Below, in pieces: positions 1 to 9,202 of a stretch of DNA of 64,000 bases; positions within the stretch are counted from its first letter, which is position 1, and each line of letters begins with the position of its first letter. The translations under genes were made by a program, and so were the position numbers. Where the stretch lies: IMG/VR virus record IMGVR_UViG_3300016476_001378, one strand, 5' to 3'. This DNA comes from a virus. Lineage: Duplodnaviria; Caudoviricetes. Under the pieces are notes generated by a model that worked only from the letters and a program-made list of their open reading frames with translations, was not told the origin of the DNA and made no database searches.

Positions 1-215
1 CCAGCGCCAGAATAACCCAACAATAAGGTGTGAGTCATAGGGGTCCCTGTTTTTTTAGCAAGATTTACCTTTAAACGCACTTGCTCGCGAATAAAATCTT
101 GACCGATATAATCATCCAGAAGCAATGGCCTTTGTGCCATGTTGGTATCCACAGCGAATTCTTCGATAGCTGGGGCTGGTGTCTCAAGTTTAAAAATCTT
201 AAATAGTGCGTTCAT
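1..215 (-). CDS. ruvB: RuvB-like Holliday-junction branch-migration AAA+ ATPase, 5' part (truncated by window edge; not in ORF track)
   Basis: Manual translation MNALFKIFK...QRPLLLDDYIGQDFIREQVRLKVNLAKKTGTPMTHTLLLGYSGAG matches the RuvB N-terminus (RP..L.DYIGQ...H.LL.G.[P]G.GKT); AAGGAG SD at 225-230 (-). Confidence 0.75.
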   Translation of the reverse strand, partial: MNALFKIFKLETPAPAIEEFAVDTNMAQRPLLLDDYIGQDFIREQVRLKVNLAKKTGTPMTHTLLLGYSGA

Positions 216-243
216 TTCATAAATCTCCTTACTATTATAGTAC

Positions 244-279
244 GCCCCCTTTATTTTTAAGATATAATTTAAAGGGGGC
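244..279. terminator. Stem-loop downstream of 286-516 (probable terminator)
   Basis: GCCCCCTTTA...TAAAGGGGGC inverted repeat. Confidence 0.5.
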
Positions 280-285
280 TGAGAT

Positions 286-516
286 TTAAAGAATTAGAAT
301 GTAATTACTACCGACTTCATCGTCGATTACAATTTTAACATCATTAAAAGTAACAGGGTCTTTGCCCACTTCTTCTTCTAATTCTGCGTAAACGCTAGGC
401 GGGACAATTATGATCTTTGGCTCAGATTCATAAATGTTTTTATAATTAATCAGAGCTTCTTCCAACACCTCACAGATGTAGACAGAAGACAGGCACTCAG
501 TGGGTTCATCGTTCAT
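286..516 (-). CDS. Small acidic hypothetical protein
   Basis: ORF; GGAGG SD at 522-526 (-) favours ATG at 516 over TTG at 528. Confidence 0.7.
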   Translation of the reverse strand: MNDEPTECLSSVYICEVLEEALINYKNIYESEPKIIIVPPSVYAELEEEVGKDPVTFNDVKIVIDDEVGSNYILIL

Positions 517-613
517 TTTTTCCTCCAACCGGACCAGTTCTGTTAAGTTTATAATAACTATAACAGTATGGTTAGTTTCGAACCTTAACTAAATTTTTCC
601 TGTATTATTCTTA

Positions 614-1438
614 ATGGAGAAAAATGTTATGAGACAATTTTTAGTAATCTTTTGCAGCAGCGTTCAAGAAGCTTTAACAACAGCAGCAGCTCTGCCACCC
701 TATAAAGATTTACCACGCTTCTATGTGTTAAACTGCGAAAAGCCAAGCTCAGATAATTTAAACTGGTTGCGGCCCGTTGATGATTACATCTGTTTGGGTA
801 AGGTTACTGAATTAGGTAATCATACTGAGATTTCTATCAGATCTGCTATTCTTTACATTCCAAACTGGTGGCACCTTTTATTCTGCAATGCAAATGATTT
901 GCCGCCTATTGAAGAAGTAAATGAAGCAAGGCGACAAATTGATTCAAATGTTGGCTTTGTTCAGATGCCAAAAATTTGGGGTATTTCAAAAGAGCACTTA
1001 TTACTTTTTGGCTTAGGGAAAATTTTTGGTTCAGGCACAATTAAAAATGAAGCTGAAGTGCTTGAATCTGAGTTAGATATTGTAAGAGCCCTAAGGGGCG
1101 AGCCTGTAAATATTGAAGCTATCAAAAAAGCATTTGTTGAAGTTGTTTCAACTAATGGCATGATCTTCCAAGGCGCTATGCCTTCTATGGGCAAAGAAGA
1201 AAAAGAATTCATTGATTACATGGTAAAGACATTTAATGTAGTGCCTGAAAACCCTGGGGTGATTTTTATTTCACCTAACACTTCAAATAAGGGTTTTGAA
1301 ATGCTATTAGACCAAATCAGCTCGCAAACCATGATTGCTGTTGTTGATAAAGAAGATAAAGCTTATGAAAAAGAACCTTACATGAAATTTAATTGTGATA
1401 ATGAATTCTTTGTCAAGGTTTATACAAAAGGGGGCTAA
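614..1438 (+). CDS. Hypothetical protein (274 aa)
   Basis: Long ORF followed by a terminator; no recognised motif. Confidence 0.75.
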   Translation: MEKNVMRQFLVIFCSSVQEALTTAAALPPYKDLPRFYVLNCEKPSSDNLNWLRPVDDYICLGKVTELGNHTEISIRSAILYIPNWWHLLFCNANDLPPIEEVNEARRQIDSNVGFVQMPKIWGISKEHLLLFGLGKIFGSGTIKNEAEVLESELDIVRALRGEPVNIEAIKKAFVEVVSTNGMIFQGAMPSMGKEEKEFIDYMVKTFNVVPENPGVIFISPNTSNKGFEMLLDQISSQTMIAVVDKEDKAYEKEPYMKFNCDNEFFVKVYTKGG

Positions 1439-1450
1439 AAGCCCCCTTTT
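1426..1450. terminator. Bidirectional intrinsic terminator
   Basis: AAAAGGGGGC-TAAAA-GCCCCCTTTT between convergent genes. Confidence 0.85.
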
Positions 1451-2844
1451 TATTCCGGTTCAGCAGAACCCTCAAAAATTATTCCCTTTGTTTCTGGGAA
1501 TTCTTTAAACCATTTGTGCAAAGCCTCTCTACAATGCTCAGCGTATTTATAATGGGCCCCAATACCTGTTCTTAATTCCATTTCATAGAGGAATTTATCA
1601 GCAGTGGTTGTATGTTCAAAATAATATTTGTGACCCAAGCTGGTAAAGTAAATGTACTCAGGATGCTCTCGCATCATTTCTCTTGCTTGATTAGTTGTTG
1701 ATTTGAAATTCTTATAAAGGCTATAAACATTATCAATCAAATTCAAGTTAGTAGTGTTTTCCTTTGGAATTTGGTCTGTTGAGCCATAAAATCCGATAGG
1801 TAAAAGCGGGCAATATTTAGTGCCTGTTCTATGCCTGTTAAGGTCTCTAATTTCTCCAAAGCTGATACCATACCATGCAAACTTAACAGTAGTCCGGGAG
1901 ACTACGGAACCAAAAGGAGAATACCTATTTGTTCTATGCTGGCAAGCTGTTTTGTATACTTCCTTAGAGCAATTCATGTCTTCTGCCCAAAAATGTGTTT
2001 CTGTTTGATTGTCGTTTAAGATTTCATCAGAATCAATGTTGTCAAGGACAATTTGTCGCTCAAGATTTAAATAATCTTTTAAAGCTTGTGTTGGCTTTGT
2101 ATGCTTTAATAATCTAGGGGCCCCAATTGACATTTGTTCGGCAATTTGTTGACCGATTAAATTCAATTCCTTTAATGGATGTGATTGAAGGTGAGCAGAA
2201 ATACCAGCCCAGGCTCTTGCAGACTGAACCATCATAACGCCAGTGGATGCAGCAAGAGGGATGTAAACTCTTGCACGATCAAAAGCATAATTTCTTCTCA
2301 TGCGGGCTACAGCTTTAATATCTTTATCAGATGTAGATTCTAGAAGCGATTTTGGAATCTTAGTTTCTTCTGGATGCAAATTAGACAACTCTGTCCAAGA
2401 TTCAAGAGCAGATTGGTAATTTTCAAAAGCCTTCTGGTTATAAGCGTTGAATGATTCTCTCAGATGTTCAGGGATGCCGAGCGTTTCAGCGTCAACAAGG
2501 CCAGAAACATCCATCTTAATGTATCTTGTAGAACATTCTTGGCCACCCGCAGTCGGGGACAGTGTCCACAAATAATAAGCAGCAAATTGAGAAACGCCAT
2601 CAATAAAGAGCGCAATAGGGGTCATATCTGCAATGCTTTGATGACCATAGTCGATCATCTTGAAAATGCCATCTACAGATTTGTTTGTGTTGTTAAAATC
2701 AATCTTAGAAGCGATAACATCCAAGCCTTCATTATTTCTGCTATAACGTGCTCCCGTCGCTGCCAAAAGCTCTGGTGTCAAAGCGTAACAACCCAATTCT
2801 TCTGCTCTCTCGGTTGGAGCTATTGATACATACTGAACTTTCAT
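1450..2844 (-). CDS. thyX: FAD-dependent thymidylate synthase, long two-domain type
   Basis: ARYSR, YGHQSIAD, STRY, AFDRARVYIP, RDLNRHR, ELRT..GAH motifs typical of tandem ThyX proteins. Confidence 0.85.
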   Translation of the reverse strand: MKVQYVSIAPTERAEELGCYALTPELLAATGARYSRNNEGLDVIASKIDFNNTNKSVDGIFKMIDYGHQSIADMTPIALFIDGVSQFAAYYLWTLSPTAGGQECSTRYIKMDVSGLVDAETLGIPEHLRESFNAYNQKAFENYQSALESWTELSNLHPEETKIPKSLLESTSDKDIKAVARMRRNYAFDRARVYIPLAASTGVMMVQSARAWAGISAHLQSHPLKELNLIGQQIAEQMSIGAPRLLKHTKPTQALKDYLNLERQIVLDNIDSDEILNDNQTETHFWAEDMNCSKEVYKTACQHRTNRYSPFGSVVSRTTVKFAWYGISFGEIRDLNRHRTGTKYCPLLPIGFYGSTDQIPKENTTNLNLIDNVYSLYKNFKSTTNQAREMMREHPEYIYFTSLGHKYYFEHTTTADKFLYEMELRTGIGAHYKYAEHCREALHKWFKEFPETKGIIFEGSAEPE

Positions 2845-2869
2845 CTTATCTTTCCCTATTGATGGTTAT

Positions 2870-2948
2870 AAAAAATAAAAATCTGAGTTTTCTTGGACAG
2901 GGCCCCTTATACCTTTAATAGAGGATGTAATCCCAATACTAACTCAGA
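2870..2948 (-). other. Long imperfect hairpin plus U-tract in thyX leader
   Basis: TCTGAGTT (2882-2889)/AACTCAGA (2941-2948) enclose TTGG/CCAA and CCTC-TAT/ATA-AGGGG pairings; T-rich run follows on the minus strand. Confidence 0.45.
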
Positions 2949-3003
2949 CCACCTTATTATTGTTTGTTTTGGCATAAAACAGCCCTCTGTTTTTTATACA
3001 AGT

Positions 3004-3036
3004 AGGAGGCCCCCAATTTTTTTATGAATAGATATA
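3004..3036 (+). promoter_or_regulatory. Putative late promoter (AGG-N18-TGAATA)
   Basis: Matches motif recurring upstream of structural genes. Confidence 0.45.
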
Positions 3037-3078
3037 ATAATTTGGGTAAAGAAATTTATCACTTTGGAGCGTGTTTAA

Positions 3079-4089
3079 ATGAGTAGTTCATTTTCCTATT
3101 TAGATAACCAAAACAAGAAGTTCCGAGTTACAGTGAGCGTTCCTCCTTTTGTAGCTTCTACTTCTTCATTTATGGTCACAGTAAATCCCATACCATCTTT
3201 TTGTAGAATAGACAAGATCACTTTGTTGGCATCTGGCATGCCTTCCAGCACAACTATTAACCTTACTGTTTTAAATGACGGAGCTGGCTGGGCAGCTGCA
3301 AGCGGCACATACGCTAAGTTGCCTTTTATTGAAGGTACAAACTCTGCTGTAATGGCCAGTAATATTGCACAATTCCAATGGACATCTGGTATGTATTACA
3401 GAGACGCTTACAGAACCAATTGCCTCCATTTAAACTTCGCAAACAATTCATTTACAGCTGGCGATACATTTACAGTAATTGTAGAGGGTGTACAAACAGC
3501 CCCTTATTCAATTGCTGATTATGACACAACTCCATTTATTGGTGACAACACTTGGAGAATCTTGAGAGTTGACAGCAGCAACAACGTTTATGATCTTACC
3601 CAACAATTAACAAGAAATGGTAATCCTTATGGATTGGGTTCCACTCTTGAAAATTCAGAAAGCTTTACTGCCTTTGGAGCAGCGGGCGATTATTTATACA
3701 TTGGCTCACAAAGAGCATGGTCAAGTGCTATGTTCTTAGTTCCTAGTTATTCACAAAACAGAACTGCTGTAACTTTTGCTAATACCGCAGACGGTTCTAC
3801 ATGGAATACAACCACAAACGTACAAGATAACACATCTAATGGCATGAATACAGTATCAAGCTTGAGCTATTCTGGTGTTATTAAAGTTACTTCTTGGTCA
3901 GCGGCGGCTCCAGTCAAATTAAGCTTTGACCCAATGACAATTGCAGAAAACAACTACAATGATTTTACCCAAAACATTGCAAGGCCTGGTGGATTTTTCT
4001 ATAACCCAGAGCGTTATTGGCTAAGAATGAAGTTTGCGTCTATCACTCCTAGCACATTAAAGCTTGCAGGCATTATGCCTGTAAGATAA
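3079..4089 (+). CDS. Putative virion structural protein (beta-rich)
   Basis: S/T/N/G-rich; YLYIGS, STW, LSYSG.I and YWLR motifs; late-type promoter. Confidence 0.6.
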   Translation: MSSSFSYLDNQNKKFRVTVSVPPFVASTSSFMVTVNPIPSFCRIDKITLLASGMPSSTTINLTVLNDGAGWAAASGTYAKLPFIEGTNSAVMASNIAQFQWTSGMYYRDAYRTNCLHLNFANNSFTAGDTFTVIVEGVQTAPYSIADYDTTPFIGDNTWRILRVDSSNNVYDLTQQLTRNGNPYGLGSTLENSESFTAFGAAGDYLYIGSQRAWSSAMFLVPSYSQNRTAVTFANTADGSTWNTTTNVQDNTSNGMNTVSSLSYSGVIKVTSWSAAAPVKLSFDPMTIAENNYNDFTQNIARPGGFFYNPERYWLRMKFASITPSTLKLAGIMPVR

Positions 4090-4106
4090 TCTTCTAGATA
4101 ACAATT

Positions 4107-4133
4107 AAGGGGGCTGAATCAGCCTCCTTTTTT
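4107..4133 (+). terminator. Intrinsic terminator, followed by TGTATAAT at 4137-4144
   Basis: AAGGGGGCTG-AAT-CAGCCTCCTT then T-run. Confidence 0.8.
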
Positions 4134-4171
4134 ATTTGTATAATCTTGTTATCTTTGGATTGGATACACGA

Positions 4172-4492
4172 ATGGAAAAATCAAACTTACAAATAGCTTC
4201 CGATGAAATTACAGAAGAGCTTATTAGAATCAAGCAAAACAATTTTGACGCGATAGAAGAATTTACAGCAGAGCAAATTGTTGAATTATTAGATGAAAAT
4301 TTAATTTCTACCGATGTAATTATTGAAAGCTACACTCTTGTCAATCAAATGACCTTTGCAGATTCTGTCAATTATAAAGCTCTTAGCAAATTAGCTCAAA
4401 CAATAGAGCTTGTTCAGCATTGGATTAAAACTCATGTTATTGACGGCGAGGATTTAGATCTTTCTATCCTAGAATCAGATGACGATCTCTAA
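4172..4492 (+). CDS. Acidic hypothetical protein
   Basis: ORF; start moved to ATG 4172 because the -10 box overlaps the track start. Confidence 0.65.
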   Translation: MEKSNLQIASDEITEELIRIKQNNFDAIEEFTAEQIVELLDENLISTDVIIESYTLVNQMTFADSVNYKALSKLAQTIELVQHWIKTHVIDGEDLDLSILESDDDL

Positions 4493-4865
4493 ATTAGATT
4501 GGTCCTCCCTAAAAGAAGAGACCAAAAATAAACTTTTATCATTAGCCCCCAAAAAAGATTTAGATAGTTTTTGTTACATAGAAGAAAATCAATCTTTTGC
4601 TGTTATTGAAAATCCAAAAATCACCCGACCCTTGGGTTGTTTAACTTGTTTGGAGGGTGAAAAGGGACAAGATGAGTTTGGAAATATAACTTTAGGGGGC
4701 CTCACTTTATTAAATTACAAAGATTTAATAGATCTGGAGAAATTGCCAGCAACTAGTGAGGCATCTCTAGAAATGGCCCCTAATGTTTGGATCTGTCCTA
4801 ATTGTGAAAGATGGATTTTTGATTATTTGCCTAAATATGATACTATACCAACTCATTGGAGATAA
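4479..4865 (+). CDS. Hypothetical protein with two CxxC motifs
   Basis: CLTC...CPNC. Confidence 0.7.
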   Translation: MTISKLDWSSLKEETKNKLLSLAPKKDLDSFCYIEENQSFAVIENPKITRPLGCLTCLEGEKGQDEFGNITLGGLTLLNYKDLIDLEKLPATSEASLEMAPNVWICPNCERWIFDYLPKYDTIPTHWR

Positions 4866-4867
4866 AA

Positions 4868-5293
4868 ATGTCAGCTTATAAAACCATCAAATGTGCTTTT
4901 AAAGATTTAGATCTTTTAATTAAAGCCCTGGAAGATCTTGGCTTCAAACCTGCTGTTCATAAAGAGGCCCAAAATCTACGCGGTTACATGAATGACACGA
5001 GAGAGCAAAAAGCTGAAATTATTATTCCAAAAGAACAGCTTAATAAAAACTTCACCAAAGCAAGCAATGATTTAGGTTTCGTATGGAATGAAGAGACTGA
5101 ACAATATGACATGATTTGCTCAGAGTATGATGAAAAATTAAAACTTCCTGGCAGAATTAAACAAGCTTATGCGAAAGCTGTAATAGAGGAAGCTTTAGAG
5201 TCTCAATATTTCTCAGTAGAGTCTACGAGCGCTGAAGATCTCAAACAGAGAAAACAAATCAAAGTGCAAATAGTTGGTAAAAAATACATCTAA
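4868..5293 (+). CDS. DUF1257 (Ycf35-like) protein
   Basis: MSAY.TI...FKD...L.KAL.DLGF, LRGY, SNDLGF.W, YD, KQAYA pattern; GGAG SD before ATG 4868. Confidence 0.75.
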   Translation: MSAYKTIKCAFKDLDLLIKALEDLGFKPAVHKEAQNLRGYMNDTREQKAEIIIPKEQLNKNFTKASNDLGFVWNEETEQYDMICSEYDEKLKLPGRIKQAYAKAVIEEALESQYFSVESTSAEDLKQRKQIKVQIVGKKYI

Positions 5294-5305
5294 GGAAACT
5301 AAAAA

Positions 5306-5515
5306 ATGCCTAAGCCAATAGATTTAGTTATAGAAATTTCAGAAGATGGTGACATCATTGTTAAAGTTAACGGCACTGAAGGCACAGAGTGTTTGGATGT
5401 CATGGCTTTTTTAGACACTATAGATAGCTTGTTAGTAGAAGAAACTATTTCTACAAAAGACATGCAAACAAAAGATGTCCAAACAGTTGGACAGCAAAAT
5501 GTAAAAAGTAAATGA
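5306..5515 (+). CDS. DUF2997-like small protein
   Basis: IEISEDGDI.V.V.G..G.EC pattern directly after DUF1257, its usual partner. Confidence 0.7.
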   Translation: MPKPIDLVIEISEDGDIIVKVNGTEGTECLDVMAFLDTIDSLLVEETISTKDMQTKDVQTVGQQNVKSK

Positions 5516-6447
5516 ATCACAGAGCTTTTAATACATCTTATGTTTCTGATGGCAGCTTTATTAAATTAAGTTCAGAATCTAGATTAGCTGATGAGATTTT
5601 TTATTATCAGCAAATTCAATCATTGCCACAGAAGAATTCTTTTGCTGAATTTAAAAATAATCTTTCCAATGGCATAATTTACGTTTTAGAAATAAAAGAT
5701 TATTCTGATAATTATTGTAATTATTTTGAATTCTTAAATAAAGAAAAATCTTTTGATAAAATAGAAAAATCTTTACACAAGATTCTAGATGAATTAATTT
5801 ACATTCATGCTGCCAAACCCCCTAAATTGTTACCTTCTGGTTTGGAAATTGATTTTAAAGAAATCAATAAATCTATGCTTATAACCAAGACAGAATCTGA
5901 ATTTAACAAACTTGCTATAAATGATGATTTTATGGCCCAATTAATTAATTTTGAGTCATTGGTCATCAATGGTAAAACCTATAGTAATTTCAATACAATT
6001 TGGCCCCAAATTAAACAAATCATCATTGATAAGTATTTAGATTTTGATTTAACTTTAATTCATGGTGATTTTTGTTTTGCAAACATTTTAATCAATGATA
6101 AATTAGATTTAAAATTAATTGATCCAAGGGGCTCTTATTGTTTAAAAGGCATTTATGGCGATCCTGCTTATGATTATGCAAAACTATTACATTCAGCTTC
6201 TGGTGATTATGAATATATAGTTTATGATAAATATCAATTAGATTACAATCAAAATGTTATTAATTATAAGTTTGACATTGATTTTAAAATAGATTTAAAA
6301 TCTTTTTTGAATAAAGATAAAATAGAAAAAGCAGAACTCATACAAGGTCTGCTTTTCATCTCGATGTGTTCGAGGCATTATGATTCTTTAGAACATCAGA
6401 TAATTATGTACTGCCAAGGAATTAAAATTTTAAACAACTGGTTGTGA
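5512..6447 (+). CDS. Aminoglycoside/choline-kinase-fold phosphotransferase (capsule-biosynthesis-associated type)
   Basis: HGDFCFANIL, KLIDPRG, GDPAYDYAKLLHS; very AT-rich. Confidence 0.75.
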   Translation: MNHRAFNTSYVSDGSFIKLSSESRLADEIFYYQQIQSLPQKNSFAEFKNNLSNGIIYVLEIKDYSDNYCNYFEFLNKEKSFDKIEKSLHKILDELIYIHAAKPPKLLPSGLEIDFKEINKSMLITKTESEFNKLAINDDFMAQLINFESLVINGKTYSNFNTIWPQIKQIIIDKYLDFDLTLIHGDFCFANILINDKLDLKLIDPRGSYCLKGIYGDPAYDYAKLLHSASGDYEYIVYDKYQLDYNQNVINYKFDIDFKIDLKSFLNKDKIEKAELIQGLLFISMCSRHYDSLEHQIIMYCQGIKILNNWL

Positions 6448-6744
6448 TTCTATCCATTGTTTTAAATCAGATGCCATAACATCAGCCTGAACTTTAGCTT
6501 GTTCTGCTGCCATTTTCGCAGCTTGTGATACTAAATAATTTCTTGTAATTTCCATTACATAATAAGCTATACAATCCTCTACATACATCTCTGGTGTAAC
6601 GGGGTTTGGTATAGTATTGCCAGCTAAATCTTGTACTTCAGCTTGATAAGAAGTATTATAAGGTTGACATTGAATAAATGCATCTACCACCGATTGAGCA
6701 TCAATGTCCCTTACTGGAATGTTAATTGTAAATCCGATCGGCAT
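6430..6744 (-). CDS. Small fibre-cassette protein, paralogue of the N-terminus of 6750-7607
   Basis: GFTINIP.R..DA..V..AF and NP.T.E..V..C shared. Confidence 0.7.
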   Translation of the reverse strand: MPIGFTINIPVRDIDAQSVVDAFIQCQPYNTSYQAEVQDLAGNTIPNPVTPEMYVEDCIAYYVMEITRNYLVSQAAKMAAEQAKVQADVMASDLKQWIESQPVV

Positions 6745-6749
6745 TGTTT

Positions 6750-7607
6750 TTATCCTTGGGTATCATAAATTGTAATGTCAACGGCTGTAACATTACTCTC
6801 AAGACTATCATCTGAAGCTTTAAATGTAAAACTATCTGTTCCAATAAAATCTTGATTTGGTGTGTAAGTTAAATCAGGAACAGTGCCAGTTAGGGAGCCG
6901 TTTAATGGCTGGCCAATGATTGTGTAATTTAAAGTGGGGCCCACATTGTCTGAACAAGTTAATGTAATATTTGCACTATTGTTTTTATTTAAAGTAATAG
7001 ACTGTGGATGGGCTGTAATTGTTCTATGAACAGTGATATTAATGGTGCCCTCTAAGCTATTCTTAGTTCCATTGTTAGCTTTAAATTTAAATAAATCGGA
7101 GCCATAAAAATCTGGGCTTGGGACATAAACATAATCAGGAGAAACACCCTCTAAGGTGCCATGGGTTGGCTGAGATGTTATTTCAAATGTGAGTGGTAAA
7201 TTATCGGGATCTGTGCCTGTAAGTGTAACGATTAATGAGCTGTTTTTGTTTGTGATAACAGATTGATTGTCGATTGATGGGAAATTTTCAAATACAGCAC
7301 TACCACCAATAGATTCCATTCTTCTATTATCAAACCATTGCCCTACTTCTATTGCCCTTGCTTGTGCAGCTTCATTTGCAGCAGCTCTTGCTGCCAATTC
7401 TTCAGTTTTTACTAAATGCATTTTTACTATGTCAAGCATAAAATTAACACATTTTTGTTGAACAAACTCTTCTTTTGTAATTGGATTATTTACAAATAAG
7501 CCGCCAACTTCAATAGAAGGTACATAACCATAAGAAGCAGCAAAAGCCTCTTTTACATCTTCTGCATCTTCTGTTCTAATTGGAATATTGATGGTAAAAC
7601 CTTGCAT
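6750..7607 (-). CDS. Protein with two C-terminal Ig/cadherin-like (Big_9-type) domains
   Basis: Two repeats of ..QP.HG/NG.L.G..PD..Y.P..DF.G.D.F.FKA. Confidence 0.75.
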   Translation of the reverse strand: MQGFTINIPIRTEDAEDVKEAFAASYGYVPSIEVGGLFVNNPITKEEFVQQKCVNFMLDIVKMHLVKTEELAARAAANEAAQARAIEVGQWFDNRRMESIGGSAVFENFPSIDNQSVITNKNSSLIVTLTGTDPDNLPLTFEITSQPTHGTLEGVSPDYVYVPSPDFYGSDLFKFKANNGTKNSLEGTINITVHRTITAHPQSITLNKNNSANITLTCSDNVGPTLNYTIIGQPLNGSLTGTVPDLTYTPNQDFIGTDSFTFKASDDSLESNVTAVDITIYDTQG

Positions 7608-7642
7608 TATAAAATCTCACTTTGATTTATTTATAATTAAAC

Positions 7643-7669
7643 ATTTCAATTTTTGGGCCAAACTAACCT
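7643..7669 (-). promoter_or_regulatory. Putative late promoter (AGG-N18-TGAAAT)
   Basis: Recurring motif. Confidence 0.5.
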
Positions 7670-7686
7670 TTGGCATGAAAATTGCA

Positions 7687-9201
7687 TTAATCAGTTCTTC
7701 TCCTGGAACGGTCTGTATCTTTAAAACCTAAAACCCAACCACGGCTTACTGCTGTACTTGCAGTGGTGTAATTTATATTAAATCCAGGTCTTGTATCAAA
7801 ATTAGAAACGGTACCAACGATTTGGTCAGTACCTGTTGTTTTGCCCACTACTATGGCTGTTGAGGATAGCCTACTCCAAACCTGAGAAGCTGCGGTCCCA
7901 GTGTCAAACATACCATAAGTAAAACAAAATTGATTTGGTTTTGAAAATGTAAACTGAGCATTAGTAATTGCTACTGCAGCGTTTGCGGCAAGGGTCAAAG
8001 AAGTATTACTCGCCACAGAACTAACTGTGCCGATTGTAGCACCTGCAAGATTATAGATAATATCTCCTTGCCTTAAATCACGAAATGTTGTACTTGCACC
8101 AGTTACAGCAGTTGTGCCAGTTGCAGATGTAGCAGTGCCTACACCAATAGTAAGAGGTGACGTAGTTCTTTGAGAGGCGAAAACATTAAAAGATTCACAT
8201 GCTGGGGTCGTGCTAGAAATAGTGTTTGCCGTCGGAGTTCCAACTATTCCACCTATAACAGCTTGAACTCTTGAACCAGTTGTGCCAAAATAATTATATT
8301 GGTCACCTGTAGCTGTTGCAGATGTTAGATCTAGGAGCATGAAATCATTACCACTTTGTCCCTTTAAAGCCATCCACATAAGATTATTGTAAGCAGTAGT
8401 AATTGTATTATTAGTAGTAATTGTAAAACCGGCAGCACCCCATGTCGTCAAATTAAAATCAACCCAAGAAGCAGTAGTGTTAAAAAGACCACCAATAGAG
8501 TTATTATCAGAATAAGTATAATCTGCTCTCGTAGTTCCCGAATCCACTCTAAAGCCTATGGATTTTTGAGTTGATGTTGGAAGCCTCACGGCAGCGCCAA
8601 AACAAATTCTCAGTTCATTGGCTACTCCAGCATTTAAAATAGTACTATTGAAGCCAGCTATAACACAGTCTGGAGCAAAATTTAAAGTAGATACAGAAGC
8701 TGTGCCAGCTGGTGCAGTAGCTATAGCTAACATGCCACAACCAGCAGTCAAATCACTGCCTGTAAAGAATATAAACACACAATCTAAGTTAATGTTAGTT
8801 TGAGGAGTTGAAGCAGCAAACGTTAAAGAAGCTGTATCTGCAGAAAATGATACGGCTGTGCATTCATAATATATCGTACTTCCGGCAGCATTAAATGGTC
8901 GCATAAATCTAGTGTTTGAATTTTGCCTTCGACCTGCAGCAGTAGTAACGTTATCTGTCATGCATTGCCATTGTGTAAATACACCTATAGTAGATGTGCC
9001 ATCCCCAGGAGGACCAGCAAAACCTATACCAAAATTCCTAACAGCTGTTGTTGTATCATAGGCATTTATATTAGCATTGGCCTCCATATAAATTACAATA
9101 CAGGCTTTAGGGGTGCCAAAGTTTGGTTCAGTTCTTACAGTAACAGTACCAACAACAGCTTCACCAGTATAAATTCTTCTATGCACTACGCAAACCTTCA
9201 A
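7687..9201 (-). CDS. Putative fibre tip / receptor-binding structural protein (504 aa)
   Basis: T/A/G/S beta-rich; coupled to the giant fibre gene; shares an AVTG..T.F...G..IGTV module with it. Confidence 0.65.
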   Translation of the reverse strand: MKVCVVHRRIYTGEAVVGTVTVRTEPNFGTPKACIVIYMEANANINAYDTTTAVRNFGIGFAGPPGDGTSTIGVFTQWQCMTDNVTTAAGRRQNSNTRFMRPFNAAGSTIYYECTAVSFSADTASLTFAASTPQTNINLDCVFIFFTGSDLTAGCGMLAIATAPAGTASVSTLNFAPDCVIAGFNSTILNAGVANELRICFGAAVRLPTSTQKSIGFRVDSGTTRADYTYSDNNSIGGLFNTTASWVDFNLTTWGAAGFTITTNNTITTAYNNLMWMALKGQSGNDFMLLDLTSATATGDQYNYFGTTGSRVQAVIGGIVGTPTANTISSTTPACESFNVFASQRTTSPLTIGVGTATSATGTTAVTGASTTFRDLRQGDIIYNLAGATIGTVSSVASNTSLTLAANAAVAITNAQFTFSKPNQFCFTYGMFDTGTAASQVWSRLSSTAIVVGKTTGTDQIVGTVSNFDTRPGFNINYTTASTAVSRGWVLGFKDTDRSRRRTD

Positions 9202-9202
9202 T

